Below, one piece after another: positions 40,021 through 51,499 of a stretch of DNA of 64,000 bases; positions within the stretch are counted from its first letter, which is position 1, and each line of letters begins with the position of its first letter. The notes beneath the pieces were generated by a model. It ran no database searches. It was not told the origin of the DNA and was given only the letters and a program-made list of their open reading frames with translations. Source of the DNA: Octopus vulgaris (lineage: Eukaryota). The stretch covers positions 17,236,001-17,300,000 of the forward strand of contig OX597834.1 in assembly GCA_951406725.2 (NCBI GenBank), read 5' to 3'. Both the position numbers and the translations under genes were made by a program.

Positions 40021-42929
40021 ACTTTCAAGTCAAACTTAGGTCAAGGGAGAGGAGATGGAAAATACTGGGGTCAATGTAATTGACCTAACTCTTCCCTCAA
40101 AATTGCTGGCCATGTGTCCAAATTTCAAACAATAATATATTGTTTGAAATAGTAGGGGGGGAGGCTCTGAAAGGGGTCTCAGGGAGTAGCATCCCTACCT
40201 TCCTAAGCTAGTTTCTCACCACAGTTCTTAAAAGACTGAGAAAAAATATGATTACAGAACCCAAAATTGATTTTACCAATTTTTGCTGTGCACCAGCCCC
40301 CAAAAGGTACATCTCTATTTTGCTTCCTTAACTCATGGACTGTAACCATGTGACTACACAACTTTCACCCTCTCTACTTGTCAACATGGAGAGGTAAATT
40401 CTTTTACCCTTTCTCTCTCTCCTTCTATTCGTCCACCTTGCAGTCAACAAAAGATGAATTTAACTGCCTACAGAATGCATAACAAAACAGCAAGTAATCT
40501 ATCATAACAACTTGAAGAATTTGTATCTTACAATGTAACAATGAAATAAAGGGTCAGTTCAGCTAATATTTTTCTTCCTCTCATATGAATCATTACACAC
40601 AGTGGGATTGAACCAAAAGCCGTGTGGACGGGAAGCAAACTCCTTACCACACAGCCATGCTTATGCCTCTTTACTCTCTTTTACTTGTTTCAGTCGTTTG
40701 ACTGCGGCCATGCTGCAGCACCGCCTCTAGTCAAACAACTCAACCCCGAGACTTATTCTTTGTAAGCCCAGTACTTATTCTATCGGTCTCTTTTGCCAAA
40801 CCGCTAAGTGACGGGGACGTAAACACACCAGCATTGGTTGTCAAGCAATGCTAGGGGGGACAAACACATACATGTATACGACAGGCTTCTTTCAGTTTCC
40901 GTCTACCAAATCCACTCACAAGGCATTGGTCAGCCTGGGGCTATAGCAGAAGACACTTGCCCAAGATGCCATGCAGTGGGACTGAACCCGGAACCATGTG
41001 GTTGGTTAGCAAGCTACTTACCACACAGACACTCCTACGCCTGTATTATCTAGGAGAAAATTTCATTAAAATATACCCATTCTCTTGCAAGACATGCAGA
41101 AACAATATTAGTGAGTGGAATGGCACATTCGTATAGGTACACCCATATATATATATATATACATATGTAGGTATAAGTTAGAGGTGTTTAAAACCTCTAA
41201 GGGATGGTTAAATCCAAAGGCACCCCTGGTAATTAGCTGCATCTACAACCACAGCTGGTAAGCAGGAACAATCGTAAATACTACCACTGTTCTTCATTAA
41301 TTAATTAAATTAATGTCTTACTAGTGCAAATGACTAACTTCTTCCTTTTATTATTCCTCCATTTTCTTCTTGATATATACTCTTTTACTTGTTTCAGTCA
41401 TTTGACTGCGGCCATGCTGGAGCACCACCTTTTAATCGAGCAAATCGACCCCGGGACTTATTCTTTGCAAGCCCAGTACTTATTCTATCAGTGTATTTTG
41501 CCGAACCGCTAAGTAACGGGGACATAAACACACCAGCATCGGTTGTCAAACAATGCTAGGGGGGACAAACACAGACACACAAACGACGGGCTTCTTTCAG
41601 TTTCCGTCTATCAAATACACTCACAAGGCTTTGGTCGGCCCGAGGCCATAGCAGAAGACACTTGCCCAAGATGCCACGCAGTGGGACTGAACCTGGAACC
41701 ATGTGGTTGGTAAGCAAGCTACTTACCACACAGCCACTCCTGCGCCTTTATATATATATATATCAAAGTGTACAGTATTATATATACATTATGGCCAATC
41801 TTACTAATTGGTTTCGCACAAGTTGTTCAGTGTTATGCAACAGCCTGATTATGTAACCCTGTGCACTTCAGAGATGATAGTTATAGAATGAAATAGGGCA
41901 ACTGCTCTCTATTATTGGAAGTGAAAAGGCACGTCTGGTTTGTGGTTACTGCGAAAAAGATGACGAAACAAACTGAGTAAGAATTAAGTTCAGGCACTGA
42001 AACATTTCTGGGGATGTTGCAAGGTGACGAGTTTTTCTGGAAAAGTGTGTATGCTTTAGGGTTGCTGTTTTTGTAGAATTGGAATGGGTGCAGTGGTTCT
42101 ATATGTAGCGTTTTGGGGTGGGTGGGGGCAGCCAAAGACATCAGTATGTTTGTTTATTTGGTTAAAATCTTTGGAGCATTTGTATAGGTATTGTGTGTGT
42201 GTATGTAGGGGCAAGTGTACAGTATTATATATATCTTTTACAAACCTTCTTACAAATTGGTTTCACACTAAGGCATCAACAGGATGTTAGGTAACAGTCT
42301 GCTTATGTAACCCTATGCTCTCCAGAGTTGGTAGTTATGGAAAGAAATATGCTGTCCTCTATTGTTGGAGGACCAGTTTGTGGCTGCTGTGAAAAATGAC
42401 AACACAATGATCTGAAGGATAGGCTAAAAGTTACGCTCCTTGGCATCAACCTGTCTCTGGAGTGTTGTAAAGCAACAAGTTTTCTGGAAATGTATGGTTT
42501 AGCAGTTGGTATTCTTGTGGGGGTTTGAATGTGTGTAGTGATAGTATATGTGTAATGTTGGGAAGTGCCTGTGTGTGTTTTTTGTTTATTTCAGTTAAAT
42601 TTTTTGGAGTATTTCTTTAGGTATGGAGAGAGTGTGTAAATCCAAGCGGGAGCTGATCATCCTTAGTAGATATTAAGGAGAGGATCTAACGACAGAATCA
42701 ATTATGGACACATACATTTGTTGGTGTGTATAGTACACACACACACACACACATACATATGTACCACACTTTAAAAACAAAAATTCAGAACAAGCTTTTC
42801 AGCTGTCATCATGTGAAAAACTTATTTTACTTTCATTTTTATTATTATCATTATTATTTGTATTTATAATCAGATGATAAACAGGATATCAGATACAGAT
42901 ATAATAAAAAAAATAATAATAATAAAACA

Positions 42930-43340
42930 TTGTGTACAGTGCTCAGGTGCACTACAACTCATCTAAAGTGTATATATAATCAGGTGTAGTTTCAGCGGAT
43001 TTCGGAAAGCATGAGGGCCTTAAAGGATGCAGTGTCATGGCAGTCAACAACTGACGCAGGCAGTTTATTCCATGCTTCAGCAACTCTGAGCGTGAAAAAA
43101 TGTTTCCAAAAGTCATGGGAGCTGTGTTGTTTTCTGACTTTGTAGGCATGTCCACGTGTGTTAGACACATGGAGATCAAAAAGGTGTTCAGTGTTGTTGT
43201 TGGTGAGGTGGTTGATAACTTTGTGGGTGTTGACCAAGTCCATCGCCAGACGCCAGAGCTTCAGTGAATCCATGCCCAGGGAAACAAGGCGCTCAGAATA
43301 TGGTAGGTGTCTGATGGAGGGTATGCGTTTGGTTGCACGT
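42930..43340 (-). mobile_element. CR1/L2-like LINE 3' fragment
   Basis: SLKLWRLAMDL...NTRGHAYK...FFTLRVAEAWNKLP. Confidence 0.8.
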
Positions 43341-43948
43341 CTCTTATATATAAAGATAAAGGCGGCAAGCTAGCAGAAGCATGACTGCGATAGATAAAAT
43401 GCTTAGTAACTTTTCTTCTGACCTTACTCGCTGGACTGCAATACTGGTGGGGTTGACTTCGCCCTCCATCATTTCAGAGTTGATAAAATAAATACCAGTT
43501 GAGCACTGGGGTCAATGTAATTGACCTAACTCTTCCCTCAAAATTGCTGGTCATGTGTCCAAATTTCAGACATTTATATATTGTTTGAAATGGTAGGGGG
43601 GGGGGTGCTCTGAAAGGGGTCTCAGGGAGTAGCATCCCTGCCTTCCTAAGCTAGTTTCCCACCATATTTCTTAAAAATTGTGGTAGAGGCCTTGGTCTCT
43701 GGGACCACTCATGTCTAGAAACTGAGGTTGGGGGTAATCAAGGCCAAGCTCCCTGTAGAAAATCCAGCTGCAAAAAAAACCTCGTGATAGCAAAGGAGAA
43801 TGGGCACCAGCCAGCACAAAGGTTGGGGTGGGCTGCACCTGCCTACCTCGGTTGCTATGGCATTGAGGTAGATCTGGTCACCCCCGTTAACGGGGACAAA
43901 ACCTGGATTTAAAACACCGGATGATGGTGATGAATATATATAAACATA

Positions 43949-44336
43949 CTAGCAGTATCGCCCGGCGTTGCTTGGGTTTGTAAGGGAAATAACTATATAA
44001 GCATTTTTAGAGAGTCATAGCCAAAAAGTAGCAAAAAATGCATTAAAAATGGAAAAAAAATGATGGTAAATTTTTTTTTTAATCGTAGACATTTTTAGAG
44101 AGTTACTTCCCTTATATAATAGCGAAAAAAATGCATTAAAATGGAAAAAAAATGATGGTAAATTTTTTTTTAAATCAAAGACTCATCGTAGATGTGCGCT
44201 ATTACCCAGAAGGGCTCGATATGAATCACGACTGTAAGATACCCGGTTTTGGTTAAACTGCACCGCAAAATGTGGGAGTAGTTAGGAATGTAAATCGTAG
44301 GAGACAGACACACAACTTCTCTTTTATATATTAAGA
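43949..44336 (-). mobile_element. Non-autonomous Helitron
   Basis: Minus strand starts TC(ttaatatataaaag) and ends CCCAAGCAACGCCGGG hairpin-11 nt ending CTAG; inserted between A and T; internal ~88-bp tandem duplication. Confidence 0.8.
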
Positions 44337-44622
44337 TATCTACCTGCCCTCCCTTTTTCTTCACTGTCCCACAATTCCTTCTTCACAGAAATATTGCCAT
44401 TACATATTACAACTATCACTCTTACTTGCATAAATCATTTATTGCCTCTCTGTCCAAATAATCAGTTTGGTAATATTGCTGAAATATTTGTTTTCTTTTG
44501 GCAGTAAAACAATAACCATCATTATATTTGCATAATGTCCCTTAATGAATAAAATTTCAAGACTAACAACTTGGAGGTGTGGTCCAGAGAAGGAGTAGCC
44601 AAAAAATATCTCTCTGATATGG

Positions 44623-46146
44623 TCACTCCTGTGTATGAAGATGTTTGTGTCTAGTTAACTGAAAATTTCTAGAGAATGATTCACCACAAATATCACAGAG
44701 AAACAACTTCTCTGCTCTATGGATATATTTGTGTTGAGATAAGTTCCTTCTTTGAGAGAACGATTCTCCACAGAGTACACAGTGATATGGTTTTTCACTT
44801 GTATGAGTACGTTTGTGTAGATTTAAGCTTGTATTCCTGGAGAATGACTGACCACAGATATCACACTGATATGGCTTTTCTCCTGTATGGATGCGCATAT
44901 GTATAAGTAAGGCACTACTTCTAGAACAACATTTACCACAGATATCACAGTGATATGGTTTTTCTCCTGTATGAACACGCTTATGTTTAGTCAAATCACT
45001 ACTTTTAGAGAAAGATTTACCACAGATATCACAGTGAAACGGTTTTTCTCCTGTATGAACCCGTTTATGGTGAATTAAGGTGCTACCATCAGAAAATGAT
45101 TTACCACAGATATCACAGTGATATGGTGTCTCTCCTGTATGAATACGCCGGTGTATATGCAAGGCACTACTTTCAGAGAAAGATTTACCACAGATATCAC
45201 AGTTATATGGTTTCTCTCCTGTATGAACACGCTTATGTTTAATCAAGTCACTACTTTGAGAGCAAGATTTACCACAGATATCACAGTGATATGGTTTTTC
45301 CCCTGTATGAATCCGTATGTGCTTATTTAAGTCATCATTTTGAGAGAATGATTTTCCACAGATATTACAACAATAGGGTTTTTCTCCTGTATGAACATAT
45401 ATGTGTCTCTTTAGTTTACTTCTGTCTGGGAAAGATTTACCACAAATCTCACAATGATATGGTCTCTCTCCTGTATGGATATTTCTGTGATATGTTAGGG
45501 AACGTCTGTGAGAGAATGATTTACCACAGATGCTACAGTGGTATGGTTTCTCTCCTGTATGAATGCGTTTGTGAGTATTTAAAGTACCACTTTCAGTGAA
45601 TGATTTACCACAGATATCGCAGTGATACGGTTTCTCTCCTGTGTGAATACGTTTGTGAGTACTTAATGTACTGCTTGTAGAGAATGCTTTACCACAGATA
45701 TCACAATCATATGGTTTTTCTCCTGTATAAATACATTTGTGTGTATTTAAGGTATCATTTGTAGAAAATGTTTTTCCACAAATGTCACAATGATATGATG
45801 TCTCTCCTGTATGGATACGTTTGTGTCCAGTTAGGTGACACTTCTGAGTGAATGATGTACCACAGATATTACAGTGATATGGTGTATCTCCTGCATGAAT
45901 GCGTTTGTGAGTGTTTAAGGCACCACTTGTAGAGAATGATTTACTACACATATCACAACGATATAGATTTTCTCCTGTATGAATACGTTTGTGATCAGTT
46001 AGGTGACTTTTTTGAGTGAATAACTTTTTACAGATATCACAGGTATATGATCCTTCTTTTATCTCTTTCTGCATCTCATTAGGAAAATCAATGCTTTCAG
46101 TCTCTGTTTTAATTTCAATTGGTTTCCCACAGAATTCTTTTTCCAT
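44623..46146 (-). CDS. C2H2 (Kruppel-type) zinc-finger protein, 507 aa, 17 tandem fingers, no N-terminal effector domain
   Basis: Intact ORF with repeated CxxC...HxxxH and TGEKPY linkers; finger 4 ends HKCIY (degenerate). Probable 5' UTR acceptor (ttatttcag) just upstream of 46578 and minus-strand AATAAA at 44438-44443. Confidence 0.95.
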   Translation of the reverse strand: MEKEFCGKPIEIKTETESIDFPNEMQKEIKEGSYTCDICKKLFTQKSHLTDHKRIHTGENLYRCDMCSKSFSTSGALNTHKRIHAGDTPYHCNICGTSFTQKCHLTGHKRIHTGETSYHCDICGKTFSTNDTLNTHKCIYTGEKPYDCDICGKAFSTSSTLSTHKRIHTGEKPYHCDICGKSFTESGTLNTHKRIHTGEKPYHCSICGKSFSHRRSLTYHRNIHTGERPYHCEICGKSFPDRSKLKRHIYVHTGEKPYCCNICGKSFSQNDDLNKHIRIHTGEKPYHCDICGKSCSQSSDLIKHKRVHTGEKPYNCDICGKSFSESSALHIHRRIHTGETPYHCDICGKSFSDGSTLIHHKRVHTGEKPFHCDICGKSFSKSSDLTKHKRVHTGEKPYHCDICGKCCSRSSALLIHMRIHTGEKPYQCDICGQSFSRNTSLNLHKRTHTSEKPYHCVLCGESFSQRRNLSQHKYIHRAEKLFLCDICGESFSRNFQLTRHKHLHTQE

Positions 46147-47421
46147 AATTATACTTCACTGACAACTTCGTTTTTTTTTTTTTTATTGTATTTTCTTAGC
46201 AATTATGGCGGTGCCCTAGCATTGCCACAGCTCATGAGCTGAAACTGGAAAAATCATCAAATCAAAAATTATATCTACTGCTAAATTTCCATAAAACTTG
46301 ATCTTTGTTTATGTCTGAAGATACTGCAAACTCCTGTGAAAATTTCTCCATGGTTAACTAGAAAACCATCAACTCTTGAACAAACAAGGAAGCAGAAGAA
46401 TTTTGCAAATGATCTCAGGTTACAATAAGAAATATTTTACACCAATTCCATCACAAATTTATAGAAACGGCATTATATCCATTCTGTGTAACATCTTCCT
46501 TTACTTTTTAAAAGATGATAAATATCCATGATACATCTGAAGTTAGAATTATTTTCATGCAAATGTCATCAGATATTTCTGAAATAATAGAGAAACAGTA
46601 TAAGACATGGGGTGGAATACTTAAATGTAGATTCAACTGTGGAAAATTTACTACATTTCTATAGTGATAAACTGTAACATTTACGTCGATATTTCAATTT
46701 TAAAACATGTTATTAAAATTATATAAATCACAGACTACAGGCAAATAGAATAGAGTAAATTTTTACAATCACACCCCAATACTACCATTGTTGATGTACA
46801 AATATTACAGGAAAAGGGATCTCCTCCCAATTTGGGCGACTTTGGAGTAATTAAACACAGGACTAAGAAAAAAGAACATTATTCGTCAGGTGTAAAAAGT
46901 CACGAGAAATTATGGACTTTCTATGTTTGTTACGTCCGCAGTAAACAATGTTTCGATTGCATTTTACTATTTTAAGGAAACCATCATGTTTTTATAGATG
47001 CACCATATCTTCAAAATTACGCCCTAATTCGTCATATTCAACAAAATTTATAGGAACGAAAGGAAAAAGGAAAGAAACGATTGAATGATGAGAAAAAACC
47101 ATTTGAGAAAAATACCTAGTGTAGATCACAAGTCAGTGATGCTGATCATGTGTTGTTTCTGCACGCACATATAATATATTACTACGATGTACTGGATAAA
47201 TAGGAGTACTTTTCCGCCAGTAAATTATGATTTCTGTTGAAATAAAATTATTGTTTTGACAAGTGGTTTCATTGTCAATAACAATCAAAATAGTTCAAGG
47301 TGGTGGCGGGAATTGATATCCGGTTGCACATGTGCAGTGTGAAATGTCAGTGGAAGCTAGCATCATCCCTTTCTGATGTGGCATATGCACGTGTGCGTGC
47401 ACTTACCCGTTGCTTGTGTGT

Positions 47422-47465
47422 TTATCTATCTATCTATCTATCTACCTATCTACCTATCTACCTAC

Positions 47466-47514
<49 letters not shown>

Positions 47515-47533
47515 ATCTATCTATCTATCTATC

Positions 47534-47575
<42 letters not shown>

Positions 47576-47581
47576 ACCTAC

Positions 47582-47638
<57 letters not shown>

Positions 47639-47640
47639 AT
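47422..47640. repeat. (TCTA)n / (GATA)n microsatellite
   Basis: More than 50 tetranucleotide units. Confidence 0.97.
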
Positions 47641-48452
47641 TCTTTCTTTAGATATGTGTGTGCGTTTGAGTATGTATTAGCTCGTATGAAGCATTTCTAC
47701 CTCTCAGTTTTCCCCACTATACGGATATTTTCCATTAAGCCGTACCTCCACTCCAGTTCATCGCCCAGTCCTTGCTGCTTTCCACTTGTTGAGTGTTAAT
47801 AATATTTAAATCGAAGTCCGTCTCCACGGATGTGATCTATTGGTAATTGACTTTAATTTAAATGTTATTTAATAAAAGTTATTGGGTCTGCCTCAAGCGA
47901 GGAAATAAACAGTACTTAGGAACAAGGGTCGTTCTTTTGGGTTGTTTTTAAAAACCACCGCGCAGTTTCAAGAAAAAGAAACCACTGTTTTTCGCAGGCT
48001 GGGGGAGAATCATGTAAAGTTTCGTGTATTCTGTTTCCATGGGGACGAAGAATCACGATTTCCGGTATGCCATGCAATAGAGGCTGCCAATTGGCTAAAA
48101 TATCATTTTAAACGTTTGTAAATTCTTTATTATCAATTTCCATAAATAATGAATGCAATTTTTGTCAATGGCATGCAGAAGTATATCAGAAGTAAATATG
48201 TTGAAAATAATCTGGTTAAAATTTGACTGGTTGGAAGAAATTTAACAAAATGTTTTGTTTTTTTTCTTAACCCATTCCACGACACATTGAGGATCCGAAT
48301 CGAATCTTACAACGATTGCAAAACCGGGCGTCGTTGCCCCTTACATGGAGAGAAAGAAATCAACAGATACGATGACCTGACCGGCTGTTGTCGGCTTGTG
48401 CCGGTCACCGACGATACGTCAGGTTCTCTAGGATGCCGTATTTACTGATTTT

Positions 48453-48858
48453 GGCGATCTTTCGTCTCTAGTAGACCTTTCCGTCGATTTCCGTAAAAAA
48501 ATTTTTTTTTTTACATATGGGCTTGCGGGAACTTTTGAAGTAATATACATATACATACACATACACCGAGTAAAAAATTTCACTTATCTCTTTCTTTCAC
48601 TCATACTAACAGAAGCACTTCACTTACACAACATACTGTCTGTCTCCCACACCCCATCAAACACACACACACACACACACACGTACATCAATGCTTCCCA
48701 TGCACGGTAACTTCAAAAGAATTTCCCTCGTCATACAATCGCTTTCTCTTAGTCTCTTTCGCTCTCATTACTTCAAAAGTTCCCGCAAGCCCATATGTAA
48801 AAAAAAAAAAATTTTTACGGAAATCGACGGAAAGGTCTACTAGAGACGAAAGATTGCC
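48453..48858. mobile_element. Merlin-type MITE (92-bp TIRs, 8-bp TSD)
   Basis: TIRs at 48453-48544 and 48767-48858 start GGCGA/GGCAA; perfect TSD CTGATTTT at 48445-48452 and 48859-48866. Confidence 0.85.
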
Positions 48859-50108
48859 CTGATTTTCTCTGCAAAATAGGAATACCGGCGGCCCGTCTAA
48901 GAAAAATGAGCCCTGCGAGCTGGTGTGGATGCTGCTGTGAGTGTCGCTGGCAACACTATCACAGTCGTTACCGCAGGTTGTGGTTGAGCACACCACTTGC
49001 ATTGGGGTATGTGGCGGCGAGCTGGCAGAATGGTTAGCACGCCGGGCGAAATGCGTAGCCGTCTTTCATCTGCCGTTACGTTCTGAGTTCAAATTCCGCC
49101 GTGGTCGACTTTGCCTTTTATCCTTTCGGGGTCGATTAAATAAGTACCAGTTACGCACTGGTAATAATCGACTTAGTCCGTTTGTCTGTCCTTGTTTGTC
49201 CCCTCTGTGTTTAGCCCCTTGTGTGTAGTAAAGAAATAGATATCTCTAGAAAATGGGGGAGGAAAAGACTTCGTTGTCAACTACAAGGGATTGTCTCCCT
49301 TTGACCATGATCCGTAATTGAATCAGCCGGGCGAAATGCGTAGCCGTGTTTCGTCTGCCGCTACGTTCCGAGTTCAAATTCCGCCGTGGTCGACTTTGCC
49401 TTTCACCCTTTCGGGGTCGATTAAATAAGTACCAGTTACGCATTGGGGTCGATATAATCAACTTAATCCGTTTGTCTATCCTTGTTTGTCCCCTCTTTGT
49501 TTAGCCCCTTGTGGATAGTAAAGAAATAGGTATTGCCTCCTTTCTTTCCAGGAGTGGTTGTGTGGTAAGTAGCTTCCTTACCAGCCACATGGTTCCCGGT
49601 TCAGTCCCACTGCGTGGTACCTTGGGCTAGTGTCTTCTACTACAGCTGCGGGCCGACCAAAGCCTTGTGAGTGGATTTGGTAGACGGAAACTGAAAAGAA
49701 GCCCGTCCTATATATGTATATATATGTGTGTATGTGTTTGTGTGTCTGTGTTTGTCCCCCCCAACATCGCTTGACAACCGATGCTGGTGTGTTTACCACC
49801 CCGTAACTAGCGGTTCGGCACAAGTGACCGATAGAATATGTACTAGGCTTACAAAGAATAAGTCCCAGAGTCGATTTACTCGACTAAAGGCGGTGCTCCA
49901 GCATGGTCGCAGTCAAATGACTGAAGTAAAAGAGAGGTTATATGAGTTCCGCCCTGAGGTGTTCTCGGACCTTGCACGGCTGATTTCCACCTCAAAATCA
50001 GGATAACAACGCCTCGTCTGAGAAACGAGCCCTACGAGTTAGGGGTGTTGTAACGAGTGCTGCTGGCCATTCTCCGCGCAAAGCCTTTGCAATTATATCT
50101 GCGAGGTG

Positions 50109-50499
50109 GTGTGGAAGCACTCCGTCGGTTACGACGACGAGGGTTCCGGTTGATCCGAATCAACGGAACAGCCTGCTCGTGAAATTAACGTGTAAGTGGC
50201 TAAGCACTCCACAGACACGTGCACCCTTAACGTAGTTCTCTGGGATATTCAGCGTGACACAGAGAGTGACAAGGCCGGCCCCTTGAAATACAGGTACAAC
50301 AGAAACAGGAAGTAAGAGTGAGAGAAAGTTGTGGTGAAAGAGCACAGCAGGGATCACCACCATCCCTTGCCAGAGCCATGTGGAGCTTTAGGTGTTTTCG
50401 CTCAATAAACACTCACAACACCCAGTCTGGGAATCGAAACCGCGATCCTATGACCGCGAGTCCGCTGCCCTAACCACTGTGCCATTGCGCCTCCACAAC
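50109..50499 (-). mobile_element. tRNA-derived SINE (ggaggcgcaatggc head) with 10-bp TSD
   Basis: A/B boxes on the minus strand; TSD CTGCGAGGTG at 50099-50108 and 50500-50509. A related head is at 53870 (+). Confidence 0.85.
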
Positions 50500-51499
50500 C
50501 TGCGAGGTGCGGCTGAATACACTATTCGGGTTCAGGTGAACAACCTGTTAATCCTTCGCCCCTATCTAGTACTGCTTAATTCTCCTTTTCTTTGTTTCCA
50601 TGTGGAAGTAATTCTGTTTATCTTTTTGTCTCGATAATTTAACCTTTTATAGTTTTTATCTTTTTTTCTTTCTGTAAAAATTTGGGGATCTAAAAATTTG
50701 TTGCTAAATAAATATTCCATTTATTTGATAAAAAAAAAAAAAGAGACTAATTTCGTTCAGTTAGGGATCAGGATCATACACATATGCGTACACTGATAGA
50801 TTCGTACACACACATCCAGGTAGATACAAAAAACACGCAAACAAATAGCTATGAACACATAGGAGTGGCTGTGTGGTAAGTAGCCTGTCTACCAACCACA
50901 TGGTCCGGGTTCAGTCCCACTGCGTGGCATCATAGGCAAGTGTCTTCTGCTATAGCCTCGGGCCGACCAAAGCCTTGTGAGTGGATTTGGTAGACGGAAA
51001 CTGAAAGAAGCCTGATGTATATATGTATATATATATGTATGTGTGTGTCTGTGTTTGTCCCCCCTAGCATTGCTTGACAACCGATGCTGGCGTGTTTACG
51101 TCCCCGTCACTTAGCGGTTCGGCAAAGGGACCGATATAATAAGTACTGGGCTTACAAAGAATAAGTCCCGGGGTCGATTTGCTCAACTAAAGGCGGTGCT
51201 CCAGCATGGCCGCAGTCAAATGACTGAAACAAGTAAAAGAGTAAACACACACACAGATACAAACACATACACATCCACACATAAATACAAACATACAAAC
51301 ACATATAGATATAAAGATACACGCACAAAGAGAGATCCATACAAGAACTCACGCACACAGATAGATATAAAGGCATTCCTTTGTTCGAGTTGACAACTTT
51401 ACTGCTTGAAACGAAAGAATGCCGACATGAACACACATACAAACATACGCATACACACAGATAGATACGCACACATACGCACACACACAGACGACAAAT

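Noticed and set aside
47910-48915. hAT element hosting the Merlin-type MITE
   Set aside because: The right end resembles a CAGGG terminus, but no matching left TIR or TSD could be identified.
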